Assembly (NCBI GenBank): GCA_947487835.1 | Contig: CANKXX010000004.1 | Location: 173,076-237,075 of the forward strand | Direction of reading: 5' to 3' | DNA: 64,000 nucleotides | DNA from: an uncultured Microbacteriaceae bacterium | GTDB lineage: Bacteria; Actinomycetota; Actinomycetes; Actinomycetales; Microbacteriaceae | In this document: positions 1 to 9,839 of the stretch, one piece after another | Position numbering within the stretch: the stretch's first letter is position 1 | How the letters are laid out: each line of letters opens with the position of its first letter | Position numbers and translations under genes: made by a program | The notes under the pieces: model-generated | The model's input: only the letters and a program-made list of their open reading frames with translations | Told to the model about the DNA's origin: nothing | Databases searched by the model: none

Positions 1-1220
1 AGCACGGCCTGCTTCACCTCGGGCAGGTCGAAGAACCGCTGTGAGCCGCGCACCTGGTACGGGATGCCCGCGTCGCCGAGCGCGCGCTCGAGCTCCGCGG
101 CCTGCACGTTGACCCGGTACAGCACCGCGATCTCCTCGGGCCGGACGCCGGCGCTGATCTGGTCGGCGATGGCGGCCGCGACGCCCCTCGCCTCGGCGCC
201 GTCGTGCGGATACGCGCTGACGACGACCTCGTCGCCCGGCGCTGCGGCGCGGGCGGCGGACAGCGCGAGGGCGCCGGGCCGGCCACGCATGAGCCGGTTC
301 GCGGTCTCGGTGATGCGCGGCGTCGAGCGGTAGTTCTGCTCGAGCCGGATCACCCGCGCGGCGCGGTACCGGCTCGCGAAGCCCAGCAGGTACTCGCTCT
401 TCGCGCCCGCGAAGGAGTAGATGGTCTGGCTGGCGTCGCCGACGACGCACAGGTCGTTGCGGTCGCCGAGCCAGAGGTCGAGCAGGTCCTGCTGCAGCGG
501 GGACACGTCCTGGTACTCGTCGACCACGAAGAAGCGGTACTGCTCCCGCACCTGCGACGCGACCCAGGGCTCGGCCTCGATCATGCCCGCCGTCGCGAGC
601 AGCACATCCTCGAAGTCGATCTGGCGCCGGGAGTCCTTCACGTCCTCGTAGGCCTGCAGCAGGTCGACCGCGGCGTCCGGCGTGACCCGGGTCGGCAGCG
701 TGCGGCTGGACCGCACGGCGGCGGCGTACTGCGGCAGCGACAGCCGGGACACCTTGCGCCACTCCACCTCGGCGGCCATGTCGCGCAGGGATGCGGTGTC
801 GAGTTTCAGGTGCAGCGTCTCGGCCGCATGCCCGAGCAGCTTGCCCTTGCTCGCGATCAGCCGGGGCATCTGCCCGCCGATGACCTGCGGCCAGAAGAAG
901 TTGAGCTGCGACAGCGCGGCGGCGTGGAACGTGCGCGCGGCGACCGGGCCGGCGCCGAGCGCGCGGAGCCTGCTCCGCAGCTCCCCCGCCGCGCGGGCCG
1001 TGAAGGTGAGCGCCATGACCCGGTTCGGCGGGTAGACGCCGGCCGCGACGCCGTAGGCGATGCGGTGGGTGATGGCGCGGGTCTTACCGGTGCCCGCGCC
1101 GGCCAGGAGCACGACCGGGCCGAGCAGGGCCTCGGCCGCCTGGCGCTGCTCGTCGTCGAGCGCCTCGAGCAGCGCCTCGGGCGACGCGGGCGCGACGGGC
1201 GATGGAGCGGAGGACGGCAT
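1..1220 (-). CDS. uvrD2: SF1 UvrD/PcrA-type DNA helicase (UvrD2-like), N-terminal ~406 codons only; the 3' end lies beyond the window edge
   Basis: Hand translation of the minus strand from ATG at 1220: MPSSAPSPVAPASPEALLEALDDEQRQAAEALLGPVVLLAGAGTGKTRAITHRIAYG... It has Walker A GAGTGKT, FVVDEYQDVSP (motif II), VVGDASQTIYSFAGA and LEQNYRSTP. It is not in the ORF track because it runs off the window. It lies directly downstream of nudC, as Rv3198c/Rv3199c do in M. tuberculosis (recalled). Confidence 0.85.
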   Translation of the reverse strand, partial: MPSSAPSPVAPASPEALLEALDDEQRQAAEALLGPVVLLAGAGTGKTRAITHRIAYGVAAGVYPPNRVMALTFTARAAGELRSRLRALGAGPVAARTFHAAALSQLNFFWPQVIGGQMPRLIASKGKLLGHAAETLHLKLDTASLRDMAAEVEWRKVSRLSLPQYAAAVRSSRTLPTRVTPDAAVDLLQAYEDVKDSRRQIDFEDVLLATAGMIEAEPWVASQVREQYRFFVVDEYQDVSPLQQDLLDLWLGDRNDLCVVGDASQTIYSFAGAKSEYLLGFASRYRAARVIRLEQNYRSTPRITETANRLMRGRPGALALSAARAAAPGDEVVVSAYPHDGAEARGVAAAIADQISAGVRPEEIAVLYRVNVQAAELERALGDAGIPYQVRGSQRFFDLPEVKQAV

Positions 1221-1223
1221 CGG

Positions 1224-2180
1224 TCAGGCGCCGCCCTCGATGGGGCCGCCGTACCACTCCTCGAGGATGGCGCGGGCGATGGAGGACGACCCGGGCAGAC
1301 CGACCTCGCCGCGCGTGATCTCCTCGCGGCTGAACCAGCGGAGGTCGACGATCTCCTCGCCGTCCGGGCGCAGATCGGGGCTCGACGACGCGTCGACGCG
1401 CGCCATGAAACCGACCATGATCGAGGCGGGGAAGGGCCAGGGCTGGCTGCCGAGGTACACCGGGTCGGTCACGGTCACGCCGGACTCCTCGAACACCTCG
1501 CGCACGACGGCCGCCTCGAAGGACTCTCCCGGCTCGACGAAGCCTGCGAGCAACGAGTACATCTTCTTGGCCCAGCGCGCGTTGGCCCCGAGAAGGATGC
1601 GGTCCTGGTCGTCGACGACGCCCACGATGATCGCCGCGTCGGTGCGCGGGAACACCTCGGAGCCGTCCGAGGGGCTGCGGCGCACCCAGCCGCCCTGCTC
1701 CACGATGGTCGGCTCGCCCGTCTTCGGCGAGTACGGGTGCGACTGGTGCCAGTTCGCGATGGCGAGGGCCTCGGTGAAGAGCCCGGCGTCGCGGTCGCTC
1801 ACCGTGGTGGCGACGTCGCGCAGGGTGACCCAGCGCGACTCGTCCGGCTCGAGCTCGGCCGCGGCCGCGTCGGTGAGCACGCTCGCGACGACGGCGGAGC
1901 CGGCGGGCTCCCGATCGGACGCCTCGGTCGTGCGGCCGAGGTAGACCCGGACGACCGCGGTCTGCAGTTCCGCCGTCGGCCGCAGGTCGAGGGCGGGCGC
2001 GCCCTGCTCGTCGGTGCGACCGAGCGTCCGCCCGTTCCACAGCGGCAGCACCCGCGTGGTCTCCTCCGCCCACAGCTCGTCGAACAGCGCGGGGCGTGCC
2101 CGGGTGATGTAGTCGCGGTCCACGCCGGAGCGGGACAGCGGAAGGCGGGCGAGGAAGGGGTTCGGCATGGAGAGTCCCAT
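1224..2180 (-). CDS. nudC: NADH pyrophosphatase, Nudix hydrolase (NudC-like)
   Basis: Track ORF 1224..2348(-). Nudix box GFVEPGESFEAAVVREVFEESGV. The first 56 track codons look non-coding, so the start is moved to the in-frame ATG at 2180 (MGLSMPNPFLARLP). ATG at 2168 is also possible. Confidence 0.8.
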   Translation of the reverse strand: MGLSMPNPFLARLPLSRSGVDRDYITRARPALFDELWAEETTRVLPLWNGRTLGRTDEQGAPALDLRPTAELQTAVVRVYLGRTTEASDREPAGSAVVASVLTDAAAAELEPDESRWVTLRDVATTVSDRDAGLFTEALAIANWHQSHPYSPKTGEPTIVEQGGWVRRSPSDGSEVFPRTDAAIIVGVVDDQDRILLGANARWAKKMYSLLAGFVEPGESFEAAVVREVFEESGVTVTDPVYLGSQPWPFPASIMVGFMARVDASSSPDLRPDGEEIVDLRWFSREEITRGEVGLPGSSSIARAILEEWYGGPIEGGA

Positions 2181-2277
2181 CGGGGTGCAGGCGGCGGCCG
2201 GGACGAAAGCGGAGGGGCTCGGCTCAACAGCGTGGCGCAGGGGCGTTGGAGCGGCTCCGCGACCTAACCTGTAAGGC

Positions 2278-3315
2278 ATGGCCAGATCCCATCTCACTCT
2301 AGCCGCGTTGGCCACCTCGGCAGTTCCCGGGCTCGACATCGTGCGCACTGCCCCATACAGCTCCGGACAGCACGGCGACTACGACTCCGCCCTCCTCGAA
2401 GACCGCTCGGGTCGCCGCCTGATCGTGCGCGTGCCGAGGACCAAGTCCGTCGAGGACGAGCAGACCGCCGACCTCGTGGCGCTGCGGTCGCTCAGCACGG
2501 GCGTGCGCAGCCGCCTTCCGTTCCGCGTGGCGACCTGGCTCGGCGAGGCGCCGATCGCCCCGACGCGGGCGTACGTGTACGAGTTCCTCCCCGGCACGCC
2601 GGTGCAGCTCGACGACATCGCCCCCGGTGACGGCCTCGCCGCCTCCATCGGCCGCGCGGTCGCCGCGATCCACAGCCTGCCCACCGCGTTCGTGGGCGAC
2701 GCGGGGCTCCCCGTGCTCTCCGCGGCCGACGCGCAGCGGGCCGCCGGCGGCCTCCTCGACCGCGCCGCGGGCACCAGCCTCGTGCCCACCTCCCTCCTCC
2801 GCCGGTGGGAGAACGCACTCAACGACACCTCGCTCTGGCAGTTCCAGCCCGCCGTCGTGCACGGCTCCCTGCAGTCGACCTCGTTCCTCGCCGAGGGCGA
2901 CGCGGTCACGGCGGTGCTCGGCTGGTCCGAGCTCCGCGTCGGCGACCCCGCGCGCGACCTCAACTGGGTGCTCGGCGCCCGCCGGGCGCACGTCGCGGAG
3001 TCGGTGTTCGACGCATACAACGCGGCCCGCCAGGTGACCGTCGACCGGCAGCTGCGCCAGCGCGCCCTGCTCTACGCCGAACTCGAGATCGCTCGCTGGC
3101 TGCTGCACGGCACGGACCGGCACGACCGCGCGGTCATCGACGACGCCGTCTCGATGCTCGGCGGACTCGCCGACAGCGTCGGCGACGAGTCGAGCGCACC
3201 GCTGTCGCACCAGACGCTGCCCGCCATGGACGTCGACCAGGTCGAGCGCATGCTCGCGTCCCGGCGGACCCCGACCGGCTCGAGCCAGGGCGACCGCAGG
3301 GCGGACGCGGAGTAG
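2278..3315 (+). CDS. Aminoglycoside/macrolide phosphotransferase-fold (APH family) protein, apparently lacking the catalytic aspartates
   Basis: Track ORF, 345 aa. It has an APH-like layout (LIVRVPR..., VVHGSLQSTSFL in place of HGDLxxxN, AVLGWSELRVGDPARDLNW in place of IDW..GDPxxDL). It is divergent from nudC. Confidence 0.7.
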   Translation: MARSHLTLAALATSAVPGLDIVRTAPYSSGQHGDYDSALLEDRSGRRLIVRVPRTKSVEDEQTADLVALRSLSTGVRSRLPFRVATWLGEAPIAPTRAYVYEFLPGTPVQLDDIAPGDGLAASIGRAVAAIHSLPTAFVGDAGLPVLSAADAQRAAGGLLDRAAGTSLVPTSLLRRWENALNDTSLWQFQPAVVHGSLQSTSFLAEGDAVTAVLGWSELRVGDPARDLNWVLGARRAHVAESVFDAYNAARQVTVDRQLRQRALLYAELEIARWLLHGTDRHDRAVIDDAVSMLGGLADSVGDESSAPLSHQTLPAMDVDQVERMLASRRTPTGSSQGDRRADAE

Positions 3316-3322
3316 CCGCGGG

Positions 3323-6300
3323 TCACACCCGGTCGCCGACCGACTCCAGCCACAGCTCCCGCAGGTCGTCCTCGGAGTAGATGCGGTCCGGTCGGATGAC
3401 CCGGTCCTCGGAGACGTAGTAGAACTCCGCGTCGACGAGGTCCGGGTCGATGCCCCGCCACCGCGCGAAGGCCAGCCGGTACAGGGCGAGCTGCAGCTGA
3501 CGGAGCTCGAGCTCCGCGGCGTCGGCAGGCGCCTTGCCGGTCTTCCAGTCGACGATGCGATACCGGCCGTCGATCTCGTACACCGCGTCGATCTTGCAGA
3601 TCACGATCTGCTCGGCGACCCGCACGTGCACCTCGACCTCGACCTCGACCGGCTTCCGGCTCGCCCACTCGGAGCGCTCGAAGGTGGCCTGAAGGCGGGC
3701 GAGCTCGGCCTCGTCCACGGGGCTCTGCTCCGGGTCCGCGTCGAGCTCGTGCGGCAGGGAGTCGAGGAGGTCACCGGTGCCCGACCCGCCGAACCGGGAC
3801 TCGACCCAGCCGTGGAACAGCGTGCCGAGCCGAGTCTGGCGGTAGGGCCGCTCGGGCATCGGCCGGCGCAGGGCGGCGGCGACGGCGGAGGGGTCGGTCA
3901 CGTAGTCCTTGAACCGGGACGCCGGGATGCGGGTCGGCAGCTCCACGAGCTCGGCGCGCTCGGCGGCGGCGTCGCGCTCGGCCAGCAGCAGGTCGATGTC
4001 GCGCTGCCAGCGCCCCGCGTCCGGGTCCTCCCCGGAACGGACAGCGCCGATCGCCTCCTGCACCGCCACCGCGGCGCGTTCGACGCGGTGGCGCCGGGAG
4101 CCCAGCGGATCGAGCGGCCACTCGGCGGTCAGGGCGGACCCGGCCCGCGGGTTATCCTCGTGCTGGCTGAGCAGCGGGAACTCGTTCAGCAGCCCGGCCT
4201 CGAACAGCTCGGTGAGGAACGGGCTCGCCGCGCGCGGGCGGGTGGTGTGGGACCAGAAGGAGCCCGTGAGAAGGAGCTCGTCGCGCGCCCGAGTCACCGC
4301 GACGTAGGCGAGCCTGCGCTCCTCCGCGCGGTGCCGGTCGGCGAGCGCGACCGTGTACTCGGCGAGCCGGCCGTCGAAGTCCTTCTGCGTCTCGCAGCCC
4401 CGCCAGGCGAGCAGGGGGAGCTCGGCGGAGTCGCCGCGGAACTCGTAGGGCAGCTTGCCGAAGCGCAGCCAGCCCGAACCCTCCTTGGGCTTCGCGGGCA
4501 GCTCGTCGATGACGAGCCGGGGCACCACGACGATGTCCCACTCGAGACCCTTCGAGCCGTGGATCGTCAGCAGCTGCACCGTGCCGGGCTCGGAGTTCTC
4601 GCTGCGCGGGCCCATGGTGTCCTGGCGCTCCGCGCGCTCCAGCCAGCCGAGGAAGCTGCCGAGCGTGGCGAGATCGTCGCTCGCGAGGAAGCTGTCGAGC
4701 TCGTCGTGGAACGCGTAGAGGTTCGCCGGTCCGTGCACGCTCCGGTCGTGAGCCGCGACCTCGATGTCCAGCAGCAGCTCCTGCTCGACGAGGCGCACGA
4801 GGTCCGGCAGGGCGAGGCCGGTGCGTGAGCGCAGGAAGGTGAGCTGCTCCCCCGCCGCGCGCAGCCGGCGCAGCCCGACAGGGCTGAAGCCCTCGAGCTG
4901 GGAGTGCCCCTCGGGCGCCTCGGTCACGAAGTCGAGCGCGTCGACGATGGAGCGGCCGTCGTCGCTCGCCACCGACTCACGCATCCGCCGCGTCAGCTCC
5001 TCGCTCAGGCGGCGCTGCGACCAGTCCCGGTTGTGCAGCCAGCCCGCGACGCGGGACAGGTGCTGCAGGTCCCGCGCGCCGATCGACCAGCGCGCGCCGG
5101 AGAGCAGGCGGATGAGGTGCGACCCGGCGGACGGGTCGTGCAGCACCCGCAGCGCGCTCACCAGGTCGACGATCTCGGGGGCCTGCAGCAGCCCGCCGAG
5201 CCCGAGGATGTGGTGCGGCACCCCGCGGGCCTCGAGCGCCTCGGCGAAGAGGCCCATCGCGTTCCGGGAGCGGAAGAGGATGGCCGCGTCCCGCGACTGC
5301 CCGTCCGGCTTCGGTACCGCCAGCTGGCCGGCGAGCCACTCGGCGACGCCCGTCGCCTCCTCCTCGACCGTCTCCGCGTACCGGGCGAGCACGGTGCCCT
5401 CGGGGGCGCCGTCCCGCGGACGGAGAGGCTCGACCCGCACCCGGCTGGCGGCCGTGAGCGGCCCGACGACCGCGTTGGCGGCGGCGAGGATGGTGGTCGA
5501 GTTGCGCCAGCTGGTGGAGAGGGCGAACTCGGCGACGGCCTCCCCCGCCCCGAAGTCGTCGCCGAACCGGGCGAGGTTGGCGGCGCTCGCCCCGCGCCAG
5601 CCGTAGATGGACTGGTGCGGGTCGCCCACGGCCATGACGCCGTGGCCGGCGAACAGCGCCGCGAGCAGCCGGGTCTGCACGACCGAGGTGTCCTGGTACT
5701 CGTCGAGGAGCACGACCCGGAACCGGTCGCGGTAGCCGGCGGCGACGGCGGGCCTGCGCTCGCACACCGCGAGCGCGAGCGCGACCTGGTCCGAGAACTC
5801 CACCAGGCCGCGCCGCTTCTTCTCCGCGGCGTAGCGGTCGGCGAGGTCGACGAGCACCGGAAGGGCGCTCACGTCCCCGATGGCCTTGGTGACGGACGCG
5901 TACGGCGTGCGCTTGGCCGGCGAGTCGGAGTACGGGAGCTCGCCCAGCCCGGAGAAGTCCCCGGCGAGCCGCACGACGCGGGATGACTCGACCACGTTCT
6001 CGCCGAGCTCGCGGCTGAGCTCGAGCACGGCGTCCGTGACGGCGTTCAGCGACCGCCCGAGCGGCACGAGGCGCTCGTCCGTGCTCGAGCGGACCACGGA
6101 CCGGGCGAGCAGCCAGGCGGCCGAGTCGCTGAGCAGCACGGACTCCGGCTCACGCCCGACGAGCAGGGCGTTGTCACGGAAGATCGCGTTCGCGAACGAG
6201 TTGTAGGTGGAGACGGTCGGCTGCTCGAAGGAGTCGTCCGCCGGTAGCAGGCCGGCCTCGCGGAGCTGGCCGATGCGCCGGCCGATGCGCTGGCCGAGCT

Positions 6301-6523
6301 CCCCCGCCGCCTTGCGGGTGAAGGTGAGCCCGAGCACCTCGTTCTCCTGCACCAGCCCGTTGGCGAGCAGCCACAGCACGCGGTTGGCCATGGTCTCGGT
6401 CTTGCCGCTGCCCGCCCCGGCGACGACGAGCGCGGGCGTCAGTGGCGCCTCGATGACCGCCTGCTGCTGCACCGTCGGCGTGGGCTGCCCGAGGCGGGCG
6501 GCCAGCTCTGCGGCGCCGATCAC
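3323..6523 (-). CDS. adnB: Helicase-nuclease subunit AdnB (UvrD-like motor plus C-terminal RecB-type nuclease)
   Basis: C-terminal 1066 codons of track ORF 3323..7132. Walker A VVAGAGSGKTETMANRV, VLLDEYQDTS, and nuclease motif ICKIDAVY...RIVDWKTGK. The start is reassigned to GTG at 6523, which overlaps the adnA stop as GTGA. The longer track version would overlap adnA by about 600 nt. Confidence 0.85.
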   Translation of the reverse strand: MIGAAELAARLGQPTPTVQQQAVIEAPLTPALVVAGAGSGKTETMANRVLWLLANGLVQENEVLGLTFTRKAAGELGQRIGRRIGQLREAGLLPADDSFEQPTVSTYNSFANAIFRDNALLVGREPESVLLSDSAAWLLARSVVRSSTDERLVPLGRSLNAVTDAVLELSRELGENVVESSRVVRLAGDFSGLGELPYSDSPAKRTPYASVTKAIGDVSALPVLVDLADRYAAEKKRRGLVEFSDQVALALAVCERRPAVAAGYRDRFRVVLLDEYQDTSVVQTRLLAALFAGHGVMAVGDPHQSIYGWRGASAANLARFGDDFGAGEAVAEFALSTSWRNSTTILAAANAVVGPLTAASRVRVEPLRPRDGAPEGTVLARYAETVEEEATGVAEWLAGQLAVPKPDGQSRDAAILFRSRNAMGLFAEALEARGVPHHILGLGGLLQAPEIVDLVSALRVLHDPSAGSHLIRLLSGARWSIGARDLQHLSRVAGWLHNRDWSQRRLSEELTRRMRESVASDDGRSIVDALDFVTEAPEGHSQLEGFSPVGLRRLRAAGEQLTFLRSRTGLALPDLVRLVEQELLLDIEVAAHDRSVHGPANLYAFHDELDSFLASDDLATLGSFLGWLERAERQDTMGPRSENSEPGTVQLLTIHGSKGLEWDIVVVPRLVIDELPAKPKEGSGWLRFGKLPYEFRGDSAELPLLAWRGCETQKDFDGRLAEYTVALADRHRAEERRLAYVAVTRARDELLLTGSFWSHTTRPRAASPFLTELFEAGLLNEFPLLSQHEDNPRAGSALTAEWPLDPLGSRRHRVERAAVAVQEAIGAVRSGEDPDAGRWQRDIDLLLAERDAAAERAELVELPTRIPASRFKDYVTDPSAVAAALRRPMPERPYRQTRLGTLFHGWVESRFGGSGTGDLLDSLPHELDADPEQSPVDEAELARLQATFERSEWASRKPVEVEVEVHVRVAEQIVICKIDAVYEIDGRYRIVDWKTGKAPADAAELELRQLQLALYRLAFARWRGIDPDLVDAEFYYVSEDRVIRPDRIYSEDDLRELWLESVGDRV

Positions 6524-9500
6524 GCCGACACCGCCTTGACGACGTGGATGCGGCAGCTGCCGAACGACCAGGGGTCGAGGCAGTGCGAGCCGACCTGGGC
6601 CACGAACACGGCGCCCGCCATGCCCTCCGCGGTCTCCGCGACGCGCTCCTGGAAGGACCGGATCTCCTCGTCCGTGAAGGCGCTCTGCTTGGGGTCGTAG
6701 TACGGCTTCTTCTGGGTGCCCTTCGACACGATCACGAGCTTCGCCCCGCCCGCGGGCAGGTTCTCCGGCAGCCCCTCGATGTGGCCCGCGGCGAAAGCGA
6801 GCTGGTAGGCGCCGAGCTGCGGGTGGTCGGCCACGGCGGCGTCCGTGGTCGGCACGTGCGACCCGGTCTTCAGGTCGACGATCACGGCGCTGCCGTCGGC
6901 CAGCTGCTCCACCCGGTCGATGCTGCCGCTCAGCACGGCCTCCCCCGTCTCCAGCTGGATCGGCAGGCGGAAGCGCTGCTCCGAGCTCAGCAGGGTGCCA
7001 CCCGCTCGCTCGAAGTCGCCGAGGTAGTGGGACAGCCGGGTGGTCATCTCCCTCGCCCGGATCTTCTCGACCTCCGACTGCCACGGCGCCTCGAAGCGGA
7101 ACTCGCCCCAGCGCGCCTCGACGTCGCGCCACAGGCCGTCGGCGCTGGTGTCGGTCGCCGTCTCCATCACCTTGTGCAGCACGGTACCGAGCCCCGTGGC
7201 CGTCGAGGTGCTGTCGCCGCCCATGGTGTCGATGAACCAGTGCAGCGGGCAGGTCTCGAACGACTCCATCCGCGACGGCGACACGCTCACGGCCTCCGCC
7301 TCGGGGTTTGTCAGGTCGTGCAGCGGCTCGGTCGTGCTGGGCGGCAGCATGCCGTACCAGGTCGCGGGATCGGCGCCGGGCACGCCCTGCTCGGCGAGCT
7401 GGGCGAGCCCGCGCGCCGCCGCGGCGCTGCCCGTGCCGGTCAGCTCGCGGCGCAGCCGTGCCACCATGCCGCGCAGCGAGAGCGGGGATCGGGCGAGGTC
7501 GCCCGGGTCGCCCGCGGGCACGAGCCGGAAGAAGGCCGACGGCAGCGCGTCGTCGTTGGCGACGGCCGTGACCACGACCTCGCGGCTGGCGCGGGACACG
7601 GCCTGGGCAAACATCCGCAGCTCGTCGTGCAGCACGGCGGTGCGGGCGTCCACGCCGCCGCCGTCGGCCTCACCGCCCGCGAGCGCGGCGAGATCCTGCG
7701 CGCCGAGCAGCGACCCGCGGATGCGGAGGTTGGGCCAGACCCCGTCCTGCACGCCCGCGACGACGACGGTGTCGAACTCGTCGCCGATCACCGAGGAGGG
7801 CGTGCCGACGGTCACGGCGTCCACGAGGGACCGCGGCGCGAGCGTGTCCTCGGGCACGTCGCTGCCCGTCCAGGCGTCGAGGAAGACGCCGGCCGGGGCG
7901 TCCGGGGTGCGCTCCACGAAGCGCCGTGCGGCCGAGAACAGCGCGACGATGGCGTCGAGGTTGCGGTTCGCCTCCTCGGCGACGATGCCCGAGCCGAGCG
8001 AGCGCTCGCGCCAGGGCCCGGCGAGCCCGCTGCGCTGCCAGACGCCCCAGAGCAGCTCCTCGATGGTCGCGCCCTCCGCGGCCTGCGCCTCCGCCGCCCG
8101 GATGCTGTCGGCGAGCCGCCCGGCCAGCCGCGCCACCCTCGTGTCGATGAGCGCGAGCGCGCCGGGCGTCCGCAGGCTCTCGACGAGCAGGTCGTCCGCG
8201 GGCCGGTCGCCGCCCGCGTCGAGCTCGTCGTGCCGCAGCGCGGACTTGAGCCGGCGCAGCGAGACCGCGTCGAGCCCGCCGAGCGGGCCGGTGAGCAGCG
8301 CGACCGCGGCGGACGCGTCGAGGGGCACCCGGCGGAGGGCGACCTCGAGCAGCAGGATCATGGCGCGCACGGCGTACTCGTCGCGCACCGCGGTGCCGGC
8401 GCCGGAGACCCGGGTGGGCACCTCGAGGGTCGCGAGGCCCCGGGCGAGCGCGGGCACCTGGGCGCCGGACCGGACGAGCACGGCCATCCGACCCCACGGC
8501 ATCCCGTCGAACACGTGCCGCTCGCGCAGCCGCCGGGCGATGACGGCGAGCTCGTCCGCGGGGGACGGCAGCTCGTACGCGACCACGGCGGGGGCGTCCT
8601 GGTCTTCCCGCCCGTCCTGACCCTCCCGGCGACGCCCCGCGAGCCGGACGGCGTCGGCGGCACCCGGGACGGCACCGGCGGCACCGGCGACCTCGGCCGC
8701 GCCCGCGCGGCGCTGCGTGCCCGCACCGGCGGACCCGATGCGGCCGGACACGGCGGCGGTCAGCGCGCGGAGCTCCTCCCCCTGGCGGTGCACCGTCGTG
8801 AGCTCGACCGTGGGCACGGTGGGCACGCCGAGGTGCGCGCCGAGGCGCGCGACCGCGTCGGGGAGGGCCCCGCGGAAGGATCCGGTGGCGACGTCCGGGT
8901 CGCCGAACGCCACGACCGCGACGCCGCGCCGCGCGAAGGCGCGCACGAGGGCCAGCGTCGATCGGGTGGACTCCTGGGCGTCGTCGAGCAGGAGCAGCCG
9001 CAGCCGGCCGAATCGCCCGAGCTCGTCGGCGATGCCCGCACCGGCGGCGGTGACGAGGGAGGTGGCCTCGCTGAGCAGCTCCGCGGAGTCGAAGGAGCGG
9101 TCGCGGAAGCTCGCCTTCACGTCGTCGTACCCGCGGAGGAAGCCGGCGGCGGCGGCCCACTCCGGGCGGTCCTCCCGCTCCGCGAGCAGGGCGAGCCGCT
9201 CGGGGGTCACGCCGTGCTCGGTGCAGCGCATCATGAGGTCGCGCAGCTCCGTGCGGAAGCCGCGCAGCCGCCGGACGTCGGGGCCGAGGTGCTCGGGCCA
9301 GTAGCCGTCGACGCCGTCCTCGATCTCGCCCTGCAGCAGCTCGGCGAGCATCGAGTCCTGCTCGCCGCCGGTCAGCAGCCGCGGCGGCTCGTCGCCGGTG
9401 TGCGCCGCCGCGTCGGCGACGATCTCGAAGGCGAGCGACTGCGGGGTGCGGGCGAGCGGGCCGAGTGTGGGAACGCCGATGCGGAGCGCGATGCGGTCGC

Positions 9501-9744
9501 GGAGCACGGTGGCGCCCGCGCGGGTCGGGGTGAGGACGAGGAGCTCCTCGGGCGACATGCCCTGCTCCAGGCGGTGCGCGACCAGCTCGATGAGCGTCGC
9601 CGTCTTGCCGGATCCCGGTGCGCCGAGGACGGCCGCCGTCGCGTCGGCGGGCAGGTCGAGCACGGCCGCCTGGGACGCGTCGAGCACGGTCGGGCCGTGC
9701 TCCCGTCCGCCGCCTGAGAATCCTCGAATCGCCACGGCGATCAA
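6520..9744 (-). CDS. adnA: Helicase-nuclease subunit AdnA
   Basis: Track ORF, 1074 aa. GAPGSGKTATLIE, degenerate motif II LLLLDDAQEST, nuclease GSIDRVE...VIVDLKTGS, and four Cys (ETCPLHWF...GSHCLDPWSFGSCRI) typical of the Fe-S nuclease domain. TTG start at 9744. In-frame GTGs a few codons downstream are alternatives. Confidence 0.85.
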   Translation of the reverse strand: MIAVAIRGFSGGGREHGPTVLDASQAAVLDLPADATAAVLGAPGSGKTATLIELVAHRLEQGMSPEELLVLTPTRAGATVLRDRIALRIGVPTLGPLARTPQSLAFEIVADAAAHTGDEPPRLLTGGEQDSMLAELLQGEIEDGVDGYWPEHLGPDVRRLRGFRTELRDLMMRCTEHGVTPERLALLAEREDRPEWAAAAGFLRGYDDVKASFRDRSFDSAELLSEATSLVTAAGAGIADELGRFGRLRLLLLDDAQESTRSTLALVRAFARRGVAVVAFGDPDVATGSFRGALPDAVARLGAHLGVPTVPTVELTTVHRQGEELRALTAAVSGRIGSAGAGTQRRAGAAEVAGAAGAVPGAADAVRLAGRRREGQDGREDQDAPAVVAYELPSPADELAVIARRLRERHVFDGMPWGRMAVLVRSGAQVPALARGLATLEVPTRVSGAGTAVRDEYAVRAMILLLEVALRRVPLDASAAVALLTGPLGGLDAVSLRRLKSALRHDELDAGGDRPADDLLVESLRTPGALALIDTRVARLAGRLADSIRAAEAQAAEGATIEELLWGVWQRSGLAGPWRERSLGSGIVAEEANRNLDAIVALFSAARRFVERTPDAPAGVFLDAWTGSDVPEDTLAPRSLVDAVTVGTPSSVIGDEFDTVVVAGVQDGVWPNLRIRGSLLGAQDLAALAGGEADGGGVDARTAVLHDELRMFAQAVSRASREVVVTAVANDDALPSAFFRLVPAGDPGDLARSPLSLRGMVARLRRELTGTGSAAAARGLAQLAEQGVPGADPATWYGMLPPSTTEPLHDLTNPEAEAVSVSPSRMESFETCPLHWFIDTMGGDSTSTATGLGTVLHKVMETATDTSADGLWRDVEARWGEFRFEAPWQSEVEKIRAREMTTRLSHYLGDFERAGGTLLSSEQRFRLPIQLETGEAVLSGSIDRVEQLADGSAVIVDLKTGSHVPTTDAAVADHPQLGAYQLAFAAGHIEGLPENLPAGGAKLVIVSKGTQKKPYYDPKQSAFTDEEIRSFQERVAETAEGMAGAVFVAQVGSHCLDPWSFGSCRIHVVKAVSA

Positions 9745-9839
9745 GCTATAACCTTCCGCCGACAGTGAACGGGAGCGAACCGCCCGAGCCGTACCGATAG
9801 CCTTTCCCTACCGTCGAATCGACGCACGAAAGGCATCCC

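Noticed and set aside
204-2267. 687-aa plus-strand ORF spanning the uvrD2 and nudC region
   Set aside because: It is antisense to two genes with clear helicase and Nudix motifs. Its translation is Arg/Gly/Ala/Pro-rich low complexity without motifs, the typical high-GC antisense artefact.
6524-7132. N-terminal 203-codon extension of the adnB track ORF (3323..7132)
   Set aside because: It would overlap the adnA 3' end by about 600 nt and is Arg/Gly/Pro-rich. The conserved AdnB sequence begins right after GTG 6523, which forms a GTGA overlap with the adnA stop.
6544-9717. 1057-aa plus-strand ORF opposite adnA. Similar giant antisense ORFs: 13051..15216(-), 14966..16711(-), 36789..39146(-), 40501..43350(+), 47744..49684(+), 60290..62083(+)
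   Set aside because: All are mirror images of genes with strong family signatures. Their compositions are dominated by R/G/A/P/D/H with no recognisable domains. No two-strand coding is needed to explain them.
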